Shown here in pieces: positions 20,211 to 30,676 of a stretch of 64,000 nt of DNA (position 1 is the first letter of the stretch; every line of letters starts with the position of its first letter). The notes under the pieces were generated by a model. That model saw only the letters and a program-made list of their open reading frames with translations, did no database searches and was not told the origin of the DNA. The position numbers and the translations under genes were made by a program. The DNA is from Acidobacteriota bacterium. Lineage in GTDB: Bacteria; Acidobacteriota; UBA6911; RPQK01; JAJDTT01. The stretch spans positions 4,128,001 to 4,192,000 of the forward strand of contig OZ242374.1 in assembly GCA_965209055.1 (NCBI GenBank), read 5' to 3'.

Positions 20211-21176
20211 GTGGGAACGTTTGCGTTGAAGACGCTTTCGCCGCCCGAAGATCCCCTCCTGATCGCCGTCGCCGGCCCGACGGCCTCGGGCAAGAGCGCC
20301 CTCGCGGTCGAGGCGGCCCTCCGGCTGGACGGGGAGATCATCAACTGCGATTCGCTCCAACTTTACCGGGAACTCCAAATCGGGACCGGAAAACCGTCGG
20401 CCCGAGAAACCGGGGCCGTGCCCCATCACCTTTACGATTTCCTGGACCCCGACCAGTTCTACAGCGCAGGACGATACATGGTGGAGGCCAGGAGAGTCTG
20501 TCGACAGGTCCGGGATCGGGGAAAGACACCGTTTGTGGTGGGGGGCACGGGACTTTATCTCCGGGCTCTGCTGGCGGGAGTCTTCGAAGGACCTTCACGG
20601 TGTGATGCCGTTCGGGATCGCTTGGAGAAGATGGTGCAACGCCGAGGCCAGGAGAGAGTGCATCGTCTGCTGGTTCGAAAGGACCCCGCGACGGCCCGGA
20701 AGATCGGCGGGGGAGACCGGCGGCGCCTGATACGGGCACTGGAGGTCTACTTCCTGACAGGGACTCCCATCAGCCGGCTTCAGGAGCAGCGAATACCGCT
20801 CGCCGGATACCGCATTCTGAAGATCGGGCTGAACCTGCCCCGGCCTCTCCTCTATCAGAGGATCGATTCCCGAGCCCGTGAAATGTTTCGGAATGGCCTG
20901 CTGGACGAAGTGGATCGACTTTTGCGGAAGGGGTACGATGAGCGATGCAAGGCCTTCGAGGCGTTGGGTTACCGGTACGCCTTGCAGACCCTTCGGGGTG
21001 AGTTGAGCATGGAGGACGCCATCGAGCTGACGATCCGGGACACACGTCGCTACGCCAAACGGCAGATGACCTGGTTTCGCCGGGAGGACGGCATGCAGTG
21101 GATCCCATCGCCCGGGGAGTCGGAGCCGGCATTGAAGCAGCTTCTGGAGTTGGTCCGATGCAGTACGAGCCGGTAA
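20211..21176 (+). CDS. miaA: tRNA dimethylallyltransferase
   Basis: 'GPTASGKS', 'DSLQLY', 'GGTGLY' and 'YAKRQMTWFR'; start approximate. Confidence 0.95.
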   Translation: MGTFALKTLSPPEDPLLIAVAGPTASGKSALAVEAALRLDGEIINCDSLQLYRELQIGTGKPSARETGAVPHHLYDFLDPDQFYSAGRYMVEARRVCRQVRDRGKTPFVVGGTGLYLRALLAGVFEGPSRCDAVRDRLEKMVQRRGQERVHRLLVRKDPATARKIGGGDRRRLIRALEVYFLTGTPISRLQEQRIPLAGYRILKIGLNLPRPLLYQRIDSRAREMFRNGLLDEVDRLLRKGYDERCKAFEALGYRYALQTLRGELSMEDAIELTIRDTRRYAKRQMTWFRREDGMQWIPSPGESEPALKQLLELVRCSTSR

Positions 21177-22615
21177 TCGGTCTGGAGGTCCACGCCCAAC
21201 TGCGCACCCGGAGCAAGGTGTTCTGCGGTTGCAGCACCCGGTTCGGAGCTCCCCCGAATTCCCAGACCTGTCCGGTCTGCCTCGGTCTTCCCGGATCGCT
21301 TCCGGTGGTCAACGTCCAAGCGGTGGAGATGGCGGCCATCGCCGGAATGGCCCTGGAGTGCCGCATCAACCGGCGTTCGCTCCTCGCTCGAAAGAACTAT
21401 TTCTACCCTGATCTTCCCAAGGGTTATCAGATCTCCCAGTTTGAAGAGCCGCTGGCGGTCGACGGGCGGGTGCGGCTTCTGACCCTGGATCGCCTGGCTC
21501 GGGGGAAGCCCGGAACAGTGCGTGAACTCAGCGTGGGGATCATCCGAGTCCATCTGGAGGAGGACGCCGGCAAGTCGATTCATGCCGCGAGGCAGGACAC
21601 GCAGGTCAACTTGAATCGATGCGGAGTCCCGTTGATGGAGATCGTCACCCATCCCGATCTGAGGTCGGGCAAGGAGGCCAGCGAGTTCCTGGACTACCTG
21701 AGACGAGTCCTGCTTTTTCTGTCGCTGTGTGACGGCAACATGGAGGAAGGGAGTCTTCGCTGCGACGCCAATGTCTCGGTCCGTCCACGGGGGGAGACTT
21801 CGCTGGGAACCAAGACTGAAATCAAGAATCTGAACTCTTTCCGATTTTTGAACAAGGCTCTTGACTACGAGATCCGGAGGCAGATTCAAGTCTTGGAGTC
21901 GGGGCGGCAAGTCGTTCAGGAGACGCGGCTTTGGGACGAGGACCTGGAAGTGACGCGTCCCATGAGAAGCAAGGAAGAGGCCCACGACTACAGGTACTTT
22001 CCCGATCCGGATCTCCTTCCGGTCGTGATCTCGGCTGAGCGATTGGACGAGATCAGGAATCAGATGCCGGAGCTTCCTGGAGACCGCGCGCGCCGGTTCG
22101 GTTCCCAGTACGGTCTCGATCCCGGTGACGCCCTCGTGGCTACCCGGACCCCCGAGTTTGCCGAATACTTTGAAGCATCCGCCGAGAGGGCCGGAAATCC
22201 AAAGTCGGTTCTGAACTGGATGGTGGGGGATGTGACCCACCGGCTGAGAAAAGACGGGCGCGGCCTCGAAGATTCTCCTGTCAAGGCTGCGGATCTCGGC
22301 GAGCTGATCCGTCTCCTGGACGACGGAACCATCAGCGGCAAGATGGCCAAGGGTGTCTTCGACCGGATGTATGAGACGGGCAAGTCTCCAGGGAAGATCG
22401 TGAGGGAGCAAAACCTGGCCCAGATCAGTGATCGGAGTGAATTGGAATCCGTCGTTTCCGGGATTTTGGAGTCGCATGCCGATGCCGTCGAACGTTATAG
22501 GAATGGGAAGCGGGGCCTGCTGGGATTCTTCGTGGGACAGGTGATGCGGCAGACCCGCGGGCAAGCCAACCCGAAAATGGTCAACGAGCTGCTCAGAAGG
22601 ATGTTGGACCGGTGA
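21158..22615 (+). CDS. gatB: Asp/Glu-tRNA amidotransferase subunit B
   Basis: 'IGLEVHAQL', 'RKNYFYPDLPKGYQISQ' and 'DYRYFPDPDL'. Confidence 0.97.
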   Translation: MQYEPVIGLEVHAQLRTRSKVFCGCSTRFGAPPNSQTCPVCLGLPGSLPVVNVQAVEMAAIAGMALECRINRRSLLARKNYFYPDLPKGYQISQFEEPLAVDGRVRLLTLDRLARGKPGTVRELSVGIIRVHLEEDAGKSIHAARQDTQVNLNRCGVPLMEIVTHPDLRSGKEASEFLDYLRRVLLFLSLCDGNMEEGSLRCDANVSVRPRGETSLGTKTEIKNLNSFRFLNKALDYEIRRQIQVLESGRQVVQETRLWDEDLEVTRPMRSKEEAHDYRYFPDPDLLPVVISAERLDEIRNQMPELPGDRARRFGSQYGLDPGDALVATRTPEFAEYFEASAERAGNPKSVLNWMVGDVTHRLRKDGRGLEDSPVKAADLGELIRLLDDGTISGKMAKGVFDRMYETGKSPGKIVREQNLAQISDRSELESVVSGILESHADAVERYRNGKRGLLGFFVGQVMRQTRGQANPKMVNELLRRMLDR

Positions 22616-23016
22616 GGCGCCGCCGTCCGCGTGCCCCGACTGTCGAGTCGAAACGGTTGGCGGTGATCGAAGAGAAGACCGACGACATCTACTCGATTCA
22701 ATTCGTCTTGCAGAGCCTCGGCTTTCGCACGCAGTCGTTCTCGCCCCGGTCCTCCTTGGCTGACCTGATGGGGTTCAGACCCGACTTGATCATCGTGGAC
22801 ATGATGATCTCCGGAGGAGGAGGATACCGGGTCATCCGTCAGATTCGCAGGGCCGGAAACCTGGAGCGGGTTCCGATCCTGGCCATCGGCGCCGCGGCCA
22901 TGGAGGGAAGTCCCGAAGAAATCCTGGCCGCGGGGGGGCAGGAGGTGGTGATCAAGCCTTACAGCATGACGGAGCTGCGGGAAAAGTTGGACCAGCTCGT
23001 TCCGAAGGCGAAGTAA
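22612..23016 (+). CDS. Single-domain response regulator receiver (atypical)
   Basis: 'PDLIIVDMM' and 'KPYS'; acidic pocket reads EE and the switch Thr/Ser position is Gly. Confidence 0.75.
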   Translation: MRRRRPRAPTVESKRLAVIEEKTDDIYSIQFVLQSLGFRTQSFSPRSSLADLMGFRPDLIIVDMMISGGGGYRVIRQIRRAGNLERVPILAIGAAAMEGSPEEILAAGGQEVVIKPYSMTELREKLDQLVPKAK

Positions 23017-23113
23017 AGGGGGTCGTTTCCCGGCAACTTCTCCGCTGTGGGCACAATGGGCGAAAGGACGCCCACCAGGCGCGCCCCCAAGCCTCGACAT
23101 TGCAAAATGGATT

Positions 23114-23201
23114 TGGTGCCGGAGGGGAGACTCGAACTCCCACGGGCGTCTAGCCCACTGCGTCCTGAACGCAGCGCGTCTGCCAATTCCACCACTCCGG
23201 C
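23114..23201 (-). tRNA. tRNA-Leu (anticodon CAG)
   Basis: Reverse complement GCCGGAGTGGTGGAATTGGCAGACGCG-CTGCG-TTCAGGA-CGCAG, long variable arm, GTTCGAGTC T-loop, encoded CCA. Confidence 0.96.
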
Positions 23202-23371
23202 GACCTGCCGGTGAGTTTACACCACAACCGGTGGCCGGTGCAGCAACGGACAAGCGGGAAATTGCAAGGAAAAATCCGGATCCGGAACGCCATTGGGACG
23301 GGGCTCGGAGGTTTGTGTTATCAGGGGTGGTAGGTTAGACTTTGCGGCGTCGAATTGAAGGGAAATCCGGA

Positions 23372-24346
23372 ATGTCCCAGCTCCACCGGCGAGCGTTTCT
23401 CAAGTCCATTCCAGCAGGAGCCGTGACGCTGATGTCCACGGGTCGGGCCGCCGCTTCCGGGCACAAACCGAAACTGGCGATCGGCCTCGGGTGGAGTCTC
23501 TACAACAATCGAACCCTCCGCACGCCGGACGCCATGCGCATGGCCAGCGAGGTGGGGTACGACGATGTGGAGCCGGCCATCTATCCCGGTTGGCAGGACG
23601 ATCCCAAGATCCTCACCCGGTCGGCCCGGCGTGAATTGGCCAGTCTATTCGGTGAGTTGGGACTGGGGCTGAGCGGGTTGGACGAGGACCTGAGGCTGCT
23701 GGTGGGTCCCGAGGCCCACCGGGAGAACCTGGAGCGGATCAAGCGGGCGGCGCAACTCTGGCGCGACATCTATCCCTTCAACGTGAGGACCCCCGGGCGG
23801 CGGCACCGGCGCCCCGTACTGGTCTTGACGCTGGGAGGGAAGACCTCCGAGTGGGACCAGGCGAAGGAGCCCATGGCCGAGAAGCTCCGGGAATGGGCGG
23901 AGGTTGGCCGCTCCCAAGAGATCCTGCTGGCCATCAAGCCGCACGTAGGGAGCGCCCTGCACAGTCCCGATGGTGCTCTCTGGTTGATGCGGCAGGCCGA
24001 CAGCCCGTGGGTTCGGGTGACGTATGACTACAGTCATTTCAGAGCCATGAATTTCGACATGGTGGACTCGATTCGCCTGCTTGGTTCCCATGCGGTCTTC
24101 GCACATGCCAAGGACGCGACGATCAACGACCAGGGCAAGACGCAATTCCTGCTGCCGGGGGATGGCGATACGGACTACGTGAGCTATCTCAAAGAACTTC
24201 AGGCCCAGGGTTATCGGGGATCGATCGTTCTCGAGGTCAGTGGACAGATTCACAGAAAACCGGGTTACGACCCGTTGGCGGCAGCCAGGTATTGTTATCG
24301 GCAGATGTCCCGGGCTTTTGAAAAGGCGGGTGTTTCCAGGGGTTGA
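23372..24346 (+). CDS. Tat-exported sugar phosphate isomerase/epimerase (TIM barrel, AP endonuclease 2 family)
   Basis: 'RRAFLK' twin-arginine signal; 'YDYSH', 'HAKD', 'PGDG' and 'LEVS' motifs. Confidence 0.82.
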   Translation: MSQLHRRAFLKSIPAGAVTLMSTGRAAASGHKPKLAIGLGWSLYNNRTLRTPDAMRMASEVGYDDVEPAIYPGWQDDPKILTRSARRELASLFGELGLGLSGLDEDLRLLVGPEAHRENLERIKRAAQLWRDIYPFNVRTPGRRHRRPVLVLTLGGKTSEWDQAKEPMAEKLREWAEVGRSQEILLAIKPHVGSALHSPDGALWLMRQADSPWVRVTYDYSHFRAMNFDMVDSIRLLGSHAVFAHAKDATINDQGKTQFLLPGDGDTDYVSYLKELQAQGYRGSIVLEVSGQIHRKPGYDPLAAARYCYRQMSRAFEKAGVSRG

Positions 24347-24413
24347 GCCCTCTGGAGGACGGCCCGGGTAGCGGAACTTGTCCGGAGTGACCAATACGTA
24401 AGGAGATCAGGAA

Positions 24414-25733
24414 ATGACCAAGGAATTGAATCGTCGCAGCTTCATGGGGGCCACCGCAGGGGCGGGCGCGGTCATGACCGGACTGTCGGGGTCCCTCCTG
24501 GCCAAGGGCCGCAGCCTCAACGACACCCTCCAGGTGGCGGTGCTGGGTCCCGGCGGCCGGGGCATGTACTTGTTGCGGAAGTGCCTGGAACATGCCGATG
24601 CGTACAACGCACGGGTCACCGCGGTCTGCGAAATCTGGAAACGGAACCAGAAAATCGCCACCAATCACCTCCGTGAGCACTATGGCAGCGAGACCACGCT
24701 CTATCACCATATCGACGACCTTCTGGCCGATGACGGGATCGATGCGGTCATCATCGCCACGGCCGACCACCAGCACGGCAAGATGCTGAAGATGGTGGCG
24801 GAAGCGGGAAAGGATGCCTATTGCGAAAAGCCCATGGCCAACGTGCTGTCCGAGGCCAACGACGCCTTGGACGCCTGCAGGAAGGCCGGCACCGTGGTTC
24901 AGATCGGCACCCAAGGAAGAAGCCATCCCAAGTGCATCGCCGCTCGCCGGATCATGCAGGACCAACTCATCGGCGATGTGGTTCGAGTCAGTCTGGTGGA
25001 GAACGAATACAGTCCTTATCGTTGGCGCCGCAGCCCGGAGCAACTGGCCGAGTGCCGGGAAGAGGATCTGAACTGGAAAGAGTTTCTGCTGGGTAAGCCC
25101 GATCGTCCCTTCGATCCCCGGATCTACCGGTCTTTTCGGCTGTTCAAGGACTTCTCCAGCGGAATCTACGACCAGTGGATGAGCCACGACATCGACACTC
25201 TCCACTACCTCACCGGGGAACCTTACCCCCTGAGCGCCCGGGCCGAAGGCGGCATCTACCGCTACAAGGATTACCGCGAGAATCCGGACACCACCGAGGC
25301 CGTCTTCGAATACGGAACGGGAGACAAGAAATTTTTGGCCAGCTACGGCTGCTGCCTGATCAACGGCGCCGGGACCGGCTACATCTTTCAGGGAACCAAG
25401 GGAACACTCTCGTTCGAAAAGTCGCCGCTCTTCAACGAAGTGCCCTGGCGGGTTTCCGGGGACGGGATTCGCGGCGATGAAGCTCTGAAGCCGGGAGCGA
25501 AGCAGATGCAGGGCGAGTATATCGCCGGTGAGCCGGGAGCCATGCCGAACCATCGCTTCCCTCACATGGCCAACTGGCTCGACTGCGTCCGCCGCCGCGA
25601 CGTCGATGGAATCTCCTGCCCGCCGGAAGCAGGATACGGACACTCCATCGCCTGCATCATGGCCACGGACTCCTTGTGGAGCGGCCGCAAGATGATTTTC
25701 GACCCTGACAAGCGGACGATCACTCCTGCATAG
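24414..25733 (+). CDS. Tat-exported Gfo/Idh/MocA oxidoreductase
   Basis: 'RRSFMG' Tat signal, 'GPGGRG', 'CEKPMA' and 'QIGTQGRS'. Confidence 0.88.
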   Translation: MTKELNRRSFMGATAGAGAVMTGLSGSLLAKGRSLNDTLQVAVLGPGGRGMYLLRKCLEHADAYNARVTAVCEIWKRNQKIATNHLREHYGSETTLYHHIDDLLADDGIDAVIIATADHQHGKMLKMVAEAGKDAYCEKPMANVLSEANDALDACRKAGTVVQIGTQGRSHPKCIAARRIMQDQLIGDVVRVSLVENEYSPYRWRRSPEQLAECREEDLNWKEFLLGKPDRPFDPRIYRSFRLFKDFSSGIYDQWMSHDIDTLHYLTGEPYPLSARAEGGIYRYKDYRENPDTTEAVFEYGTGDKKFLASYGCCLINGAGTGYIFQGTKGTLSFEKSPLFNEVPWRVSGDGIRGDEALKPGAKQMQGEYIAGEPGAMPNHRFPHMANWLDCVRRRDVDGISCPPEAGYGHSIACIMATDSLWSGRKMIFDPDKRTITPA

Positions 25734-25765
25734 ATCAGCGTCCTGAACAGCGAGGGGAACCGGCC

Positions 25766-27052
25766 ATGGCAGAAACCGAAATGACCGCTGCAGCCACTGC
25801 GAGTATCTCGGCTGCGGATACGGCATGGTTGCTGGTTTCTTGTGCTCTGGTCCTCCTCATGACTCCGGGACTCGCCTTCTTCTACGGCGGACTCGTCCGG
25901 TCCAAGAACATCCTCAACACCATGATGATGAGCTTTGCCTCCCTGGGCGTGACCGCGCTGGTCTGGGTCCTGGCCGGTTACAGCCTGGCTTTCGCCCCCG
26001 CCAGCGAAGGCATGCAACCCTGGTTGGGCGGCTTGGGACATCTCTTTTTCCAGGGCGTGAACCTGGAAGCCAACGGCAGCATTCCACACCTCCTCTTCGC
26101 GGCGTATCAAGGAGCTTTCGCCATCATTACGGCGGCGCTCATTTCCGGAGCCGTGGTCGAGCGGATCCGCTTCGGGCCTTATCTGGCCTTCATCGCCGGC
26201 TGGGTGCTGCTCGTGTACGGCCCGGTCTGCCATTGGGTCTGGGGCGGCGGATGGTTGGGCGAGATGGGTGCCCTGGACTTTGCGGGAGGCACGGTGGTCC
26301 ACGTCACGGCGGGAACGGCGGCCGTCGTCGCCGCCTGGCAGGTGGGACCCCGGAGCGACTACGGGCGGCAGGCGATCATTCCCCACAACGTGCCGTTCGT
26401 TCTCCTGGGCGCCGGACTGCTCTGGTTCGGCTGGTTCGGCTTCAATGGCGGCAGCGCTCTGGCGGCCGACGGTACGGCGTCTCTGGCTTTCGTCAACACC
26501 CTGCTGGCCCCAGCCGCCGCGTTGACCGTCTGGATGATTCTGGATGCCGTCCGGGACCGGATGGCGACGGCAGTGGGAGCCGCCACCGGTATCGTCGTCG
26601 GGCTCGTGGCCGTGACCCCGGCGGCAGGTTTCGTCAGTCCCATGGGAGCCATTGCCATCGGCGCCATCGCCACGTTCCCCTGCTATTACGCGATTCTCTT
26701 TCGATCCCGATCCGGATTGGATGATTCCCTGGACGTGGCGGCCGCCCACGGAATGGGTGGATTGAGCGGTGCGGTGCTGACCGGAGTCTTCGCTCACGCG
26801 GCCTGGGGTGGATCCGATGGCCTGTTGAACGGAAACGCGATGCAGGTCGTGATCCAGGCTGTGGGCGTCCTCGCCACCATCGTCTATTGCGGCGTCGTCA
26901 CCTGGGTGCTTCTGAAGGTCATTTCACTGTTTGGGACCCTGAGGCCGGCTCAAGTGGATGAAAGGACCGGCTTGGATATCCTGGAGCATGGCGAAGACGC
27001 GTATGGCCGTGGTGAAGGCACGACCATGATTCCGCCCGGTTCCGCAGTCTGA
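25766..27052 (+). CDS. amtB: Ammonium transporter
   Basis: 'GLAFFYGG', 'DFAGGTVVH', 'LWFGWFGFNGGS' and 'DDSLDVAAAHG' (both conserved His present). Confidence 0.95.
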   Translation: MAETEMTAAATASISAADTAWLLVSCALVLLMTPGLAFFYGGLVRSKNILNTMMMSFASLGVTALVWVLAGYSLAFAPASEGMQPWLGGLGHLFFQGVNLEANGSIPHLLFAAYQGAFAIITAALISGAVVERIRFGPYLAFIAGWVLLVYGPVCHWVWGGGWLGEMGALDFAGGTVVHVTAGTAAVVAAWQVGPRSDYGRQAIIPHNVPFVLLGAGLLWFGWFGFNGGSALAADGTASLAFVNTLLAPAAALTVWMILDAVRDRMATAVGAATGIVVGLVAVTPAAGFVSPMGAIAIGAIATFPCYYAILFRSRSGLDDSLDVAAAHGMGGLSGAVLTGVFAHAAWGGSDGLLNGNAMQVVIQAVGVLATIVYCGVVTWVLLKVISLFGTLRPAQVDERTGLDILEHGEDAYGRGEGTTMIPPGSAV

Positions 27053-27216
27053 CCGCCTTCACGCCTCCACTCTCTCCCGTCCGGGAGGTTGAATTCAGGT
27101 CATCGAAGCTGTGGGCTCCTTCGGGTGGACAGTCGGCTGCGCCTGTCCAATTCCCGGGGCCCGCAATTCATCGATTTCGGGCAGCCAACTGAACCCTGAC
27201 GCGGAAGCGATCCAAG

Positions 27217-28206
27217 ATGGGACCCTACACCCACCAGATCGATCCGATCCTCTTCGACGTCGGCGGAGTGCACCTGTGGTGGTACGGACTCGGCTTCGCC
27301 CTCGGGTTCCTGCATCTGCACCTCTCGGTCCGGCGGTCCAAGCGGCAGTTGGGGTTGTCGGACCGGGAGGTCTGGAGCCTGAGCCTGTTCATCGTCATCG
27401 GGGTTCTGGCCGGAGGCCGCGCCGTAGAGATCGCTTTCGATGAATGGCCCTTCTACAGCCGGAATCCAGGTTTGATCCCGGCCTTCTGGCTTGGCGGCAT
27501 GGCCACCCACGGCGTCATGTCGGGCGCCGGACTCAGCCTGCTGCTCTTTGCGCGCCTGTACCGGAAACCGTTCCTGCCCCTTGCCGACACGCTGGTGATA
27601 CCTGCGGCGTTTCTCATGGGTACTGCGCGGATCGGGAACTTCATCGACGGCCAGATCGTCGGCAGCGTCACCGATGCCTGGTGGGGCGTAAAGTTCCCCG
27701 ACGCGGAGGGTTTTCGCCATCCGGTCGTCCTCTACGACGGGGCCAAGAATCTGCTGTTGATGGGGTACCTGCTCCGGGTCGGACGGACCAACAGGACCCC
27801 CGGCGCCGTCGCGGCCCGCTTCGTCTTCTGGTATGCGCTTCCCCGGTTCGTCATCGATATCTTCCGCGACTATCCGACCCACCGTCTCCCCATCGGGACG
27901 GGTCAGACCCTGAACATCCTGATGGTCCTGCTGGGGGCGATCCTGCTCTATCGCTCCCGTCTGCGGAGGCAGGGACGTCTCCGGAGTGATCCGGGACCCG
28001 CCCCCCGGGCCGCGGCCCCGAAGCGGCCTCTGGCCGCCCAGCGAGTCGTCTTCGCCTGCCTGTTGCTGTTCTGCCTGACCATCCCCAGCAACTGGACCCA
28101 GGATGTGCCTTCCCGCTACGGCAAGCGTCACCCGGGGCTGACCCACTCGTGGCTGTATCCCAGGATAGATACCGATCCGCCTACCGAAACGGCGCGGCCC
28201 CGGTGA
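27217..28206 (+). CDS. lgt: Prolipoprotein diacylglyceryl transferase family protein (divergent Lgt)
   Basis: 'WYGL', 'GGMATHG', 'RIGNFIDG' and 'HPVVLYD'; extra C-terminal segment. Confidence 0.75.
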   Translation: MGPYTHQIDPILFDVGGVHLWWYGLGFALGFLHLHLSVRRSKRQLGLSDREVWSLSLFIVIGVLAGGRAVEIAFDEWPFYSRNPGLIPAFWLGGMATHGVMSGAGLSLLLFARLYRKPFLPLADTLVIPAAFLMGTARIGNFIDGQIVGSVTDAWWGVKFPDAEGFRHPVVLYDGAKNLLLMGYLLRVGRTNRTPGAVAARFVFWYALPRFVIDIFRDYPTHRLPIGTGQTLNILMVLLGAILLYRSRLRRQGRLRSDPGPAPRAAAPKRPLAAQRVVFACLLLFCLTIPSNWTQDVPSRYGKRHPGLTHSWLYPRIDTDPPTETARPR

Positions 28207-28370
28207 GGGCGGGGGGTCCGTTCCATTCGAGCGCGACGTCCGCTTCACCCCACTCCCCAGTCTGGATCATTCAACGAGAACCCTGTAATTTGAACTCAGG
28301 CATAGCGAAGGCGGCGCCGCTCGATGCGAGTCGATACCGGCCGGTCTCGCGTCGGCGGCTGGATCATCCT

Positions 28371-29045
28371 ATGAAGCTGCTGCTCACAACCGCCAGGAAT
28401 CGGCTTGTCCAACATCTGTGCCAGGCTCTGGCCGTGCGGCACCGGGTCGTTCTCACCGACACTCTGCCGGTCAGGAGCCGTCACCCTTTCGTTCCCTGCA
28501 ATCTGAACCACGATACCGAAACACGGCGGTTGGTCGAGGGAATGGAAGCCATCATCTGGACCGGCTGGACCGACCCTGCAGAGGATGTCTCCATTCGCCT
28601 GGATCGACAGACGCGCTGCCTGTACAACCTGCTTCGGGCGGCGTCGGAGGCCGGTGTTCCCCGCGTGGTTCAATTGAGTTCCCTCGAAATCATGGACCGG
28701 TATCCCGCCGATCTCCGGGTCACCGAGAGATGGTTGCCCAGGCCGGACGAAGAACCGCCGACTCTCGCCTACCGCCTGGGAGAGATCGTGTGCCGCGAGT
28801 TCGCGAGGGAGGGAAAACTCCAGGCCGTCTGTCTCAGGCTGGGGTCGATCCTGTGGGACACGGAGCATTCCTGCCCCGACGGGGTCACCGTCCAGGACAC
28901 GGTCGAGGCGGTCAGACGGTCGCTGACGGCGGAGTTGCCTGGATATTCGGTGTTCCACATCCAGTCCGGACTTCCCGGACAGCGATACGGTACGGAACGG
29001 GCACAACGGATCCTGGGCTTCAAGTCAACCTGGAGGCCGGCGTGA
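28371..29045 (+). CDS. NAD-dependent epimerase/dehydratase-like protein with degenerate Rossmann motif
   Basis: 'YNLLRAASEAGVPRVVQLSS' and 'CLRLG'; lacks GxxGxxG. Confidence 0.65.
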   Translation: MKLLLTTARNRLVQHLCQALAVRHRVVLTDTLPVRSRHPFVPCNLNHDTETRRLVEGMEAIIWTGWTDPAEDVSIRLDRQTRCLYNLLRAASEAGVPRVVQLSSLEIMDRYPADLRVTERWLPRPDEEPPTLAYRLGEIVCREFAREGKLQAVCLRLGSILWDTEHSCPDGVTVQDTVEAVRRSLTAELPGYSVFHIQSGLPGQRYGTERAQRILGFKSTWRPA

Positions 29046-29770
29046 AGGTCCTGATTCTGGGCGCCGCCGGATACCTGGGCCCCCACGTGGTCCGGGCGCT
29101 GGAGGGCCGGCACGAGCTGCGGCTGACCGACGTCAAGGAGTCCGCCGAAGGGCCCCACGAGTACCGGCGGGTCGACGTCGCCGAGTCGGACCAGGTGGCG
29201 GACGCCGCGGAGGGGATGGACGCCATCATCAACCTGTCCGTGCTGCGGCATGACCGGCGCCTGGCTTTCGACGTCAACACCCGGGGCGCCTACAATGCGT
29301 TGGCGGCGGCCTGCAGGCACGGGATCCGACGGTTCATCCAGACCGGTCCCTTCTATGCCGTCACGGGACCCGCCACCTGCGAACCCTATGACTTCGCCAT
29401 GCATCCGGACGTCACGCCCCGGCCGGGAACTCACCTGTATGCCCTGACCAAGGGACTGGCCGAGGAGGTCTGCCGGATCTTCACTCGCAATCAGGATCTC
29501 TATGTCACCTCCTTCCTCTTCTACCACTTCCGGGACACTCGGCCGCGCCCGGACGACGAGCCCACGTTCGTTCCGTTCACCGTCACCTGGAAGGACGCCG
29601 CGGCCCTGTTTCCCTTGGCCCTGGACGTTCCATTGGAACAGTTGCCGTCGCGGTACGAAGCCTACTTCGTCTCTGCCGATTTTCCTCACGGCCAGTTTTC
29701 CAACGAGAAGGTCAAGCGAGTCTTTGGCTGGCGGCCGACCTTCGGTTTCGAGGACTTTTGGAAACGGTGA
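29042..29770 (+). CDS. NAD-dependent epimerase/dehydratase (extended SDR)
   Basis: GTG start overlapping the upstream stop; 'LGAAGYLG' and 'YALTK'. Confidence 0.85.
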   Translation: MKVLILGAAGYLGPHVVRALEGRHELRLTDVKESAEGPHEYRRVDVAESDQVADAAEGMDAIINLSVLRHDRRLAFDVNTRGAYNALAAACRHGIRRFIQTGPFYAVTGPATCEPYDFAMHPDVTPRPGTHLYALTKGLAEEVCRIFTRNQDLYVTSFLFYHFRDTRPRPDDEPTFVPFTVTWKDAAALFPLALDVPLEQLPSRYEAYFVSADFPHGQFSNEKVKRVFGWRPTFGFEDFWKR

Positions 29771-29802
29771 CGTCCCCAGAGGATGGATACTGGTAGTGTG
29801 GG

Positions 29803-30639
29803 TTGGATGAGGCGCCAAGCGAGCCGCGCAACTTCCGGATGGAGGACATCCGCGTGAAGCTCCGATTGCCATCGGCACGGCTGGCGGGGAAGCGGGCGTT
29901 GGTCACCGGCGCCGCCGCCGGTCTCGGAGAGGCCATCGCCCGCCGGTTCGCCGCGGAGGGGGCGCGGGTCGCCGTCGTGGATATCCAGGAGCGGGCTTCG
30001 CACCGGGTCGTCGAATCGATTCGCCAAGAGGGCGGGGAAGCTCACGTCGTGGCGGGTGACGTGGGTTCGTCGCTCCAGGTGGAACGCATCGTTTCCACGG
30101 CCTGCTCTCTGTTGGAGGGCATCGACATCCTGGTCAACAATGCCGGAGTCATCCCGTCCCGGGAAACCGTGCTCGACACCCGGGAGGAGGACTGGGACAA
30201 GACCCTCCGCGTCAATGCCAAAGGCGTCTTCCTCATGAGCCGGGCCGTGATCCCCGGAATGATCCGCCAGGGTGGGGGCGCCATCGTCAACATGTCTTCG
30301 GTGGCCGGACTGGTCGGGTTGCCGATCCGGCCGGCCTACGGAGCCTCCAAGGGAGCCGTGTCCGTCCTGACCCGGCAAATGGCCGTCGATTTCGGCGAGC
30401 ACAACATCCGGGTCAATGCCATCAATCCCTCCTTCGTGATCACCGACATCAACCGGGAGATGTTTCGCCGTCTCAAGCAGGACCCGGACGCGTGGACCGA
30501 AATGATTCGCAACCATCCGCTGGGACGGCTGGGTGAGCCGGAAGACGTCGCCGCCGCCGCCGTCTACCTCGCTTCCGACGAAGCACGATGGGTCACCGGC
30601 GTCCTGCTCCCGGTGGACGGGGGGTTCACCGCGCGCTGA
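29803..30639 (+). CDS. SDR family oxidoreductase
   Basis: 'TGAAAGLG', 'NNAG', 'YGASK' and 'VDGG'; start uncertain (29803-29854). Confidence 0.92.
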   Translation: MDEAPSEPRNFRMEDIRVKLRLPSARLAGKRALVTGAAAGLGEAIARRFAAEGARVAVVDIQERASHRVVESIRQEGGEAHVVAGDVGSSLQVERIVSTACSLLEGIDILVNNAGVIPSRETVLDTREEDWDKTLRVNAKGVFLMSRAVIPGMIRQGGGAIVNMSSVAGLVGLPIRPAYGASKGAVSVLTRQMAVDFGEHNIRVNAINPSFVITDINREMFRRLKQDPDAWTEMIRNHPLGRLGEPEDVAAAAVYLASDEARWVTGVLLPVDGGFTAR

Positions 30640-30676
30640 CCCTGAACCATTCAGGCGCCAATGAGGAGAAGCACCA

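Noticed and set aside
23114-23201. tRNA-Leu as integration site for the accessory region
   Set aside because: No integrase and no duplicated tRNA 3' end seen; its 3' end faces the core genes
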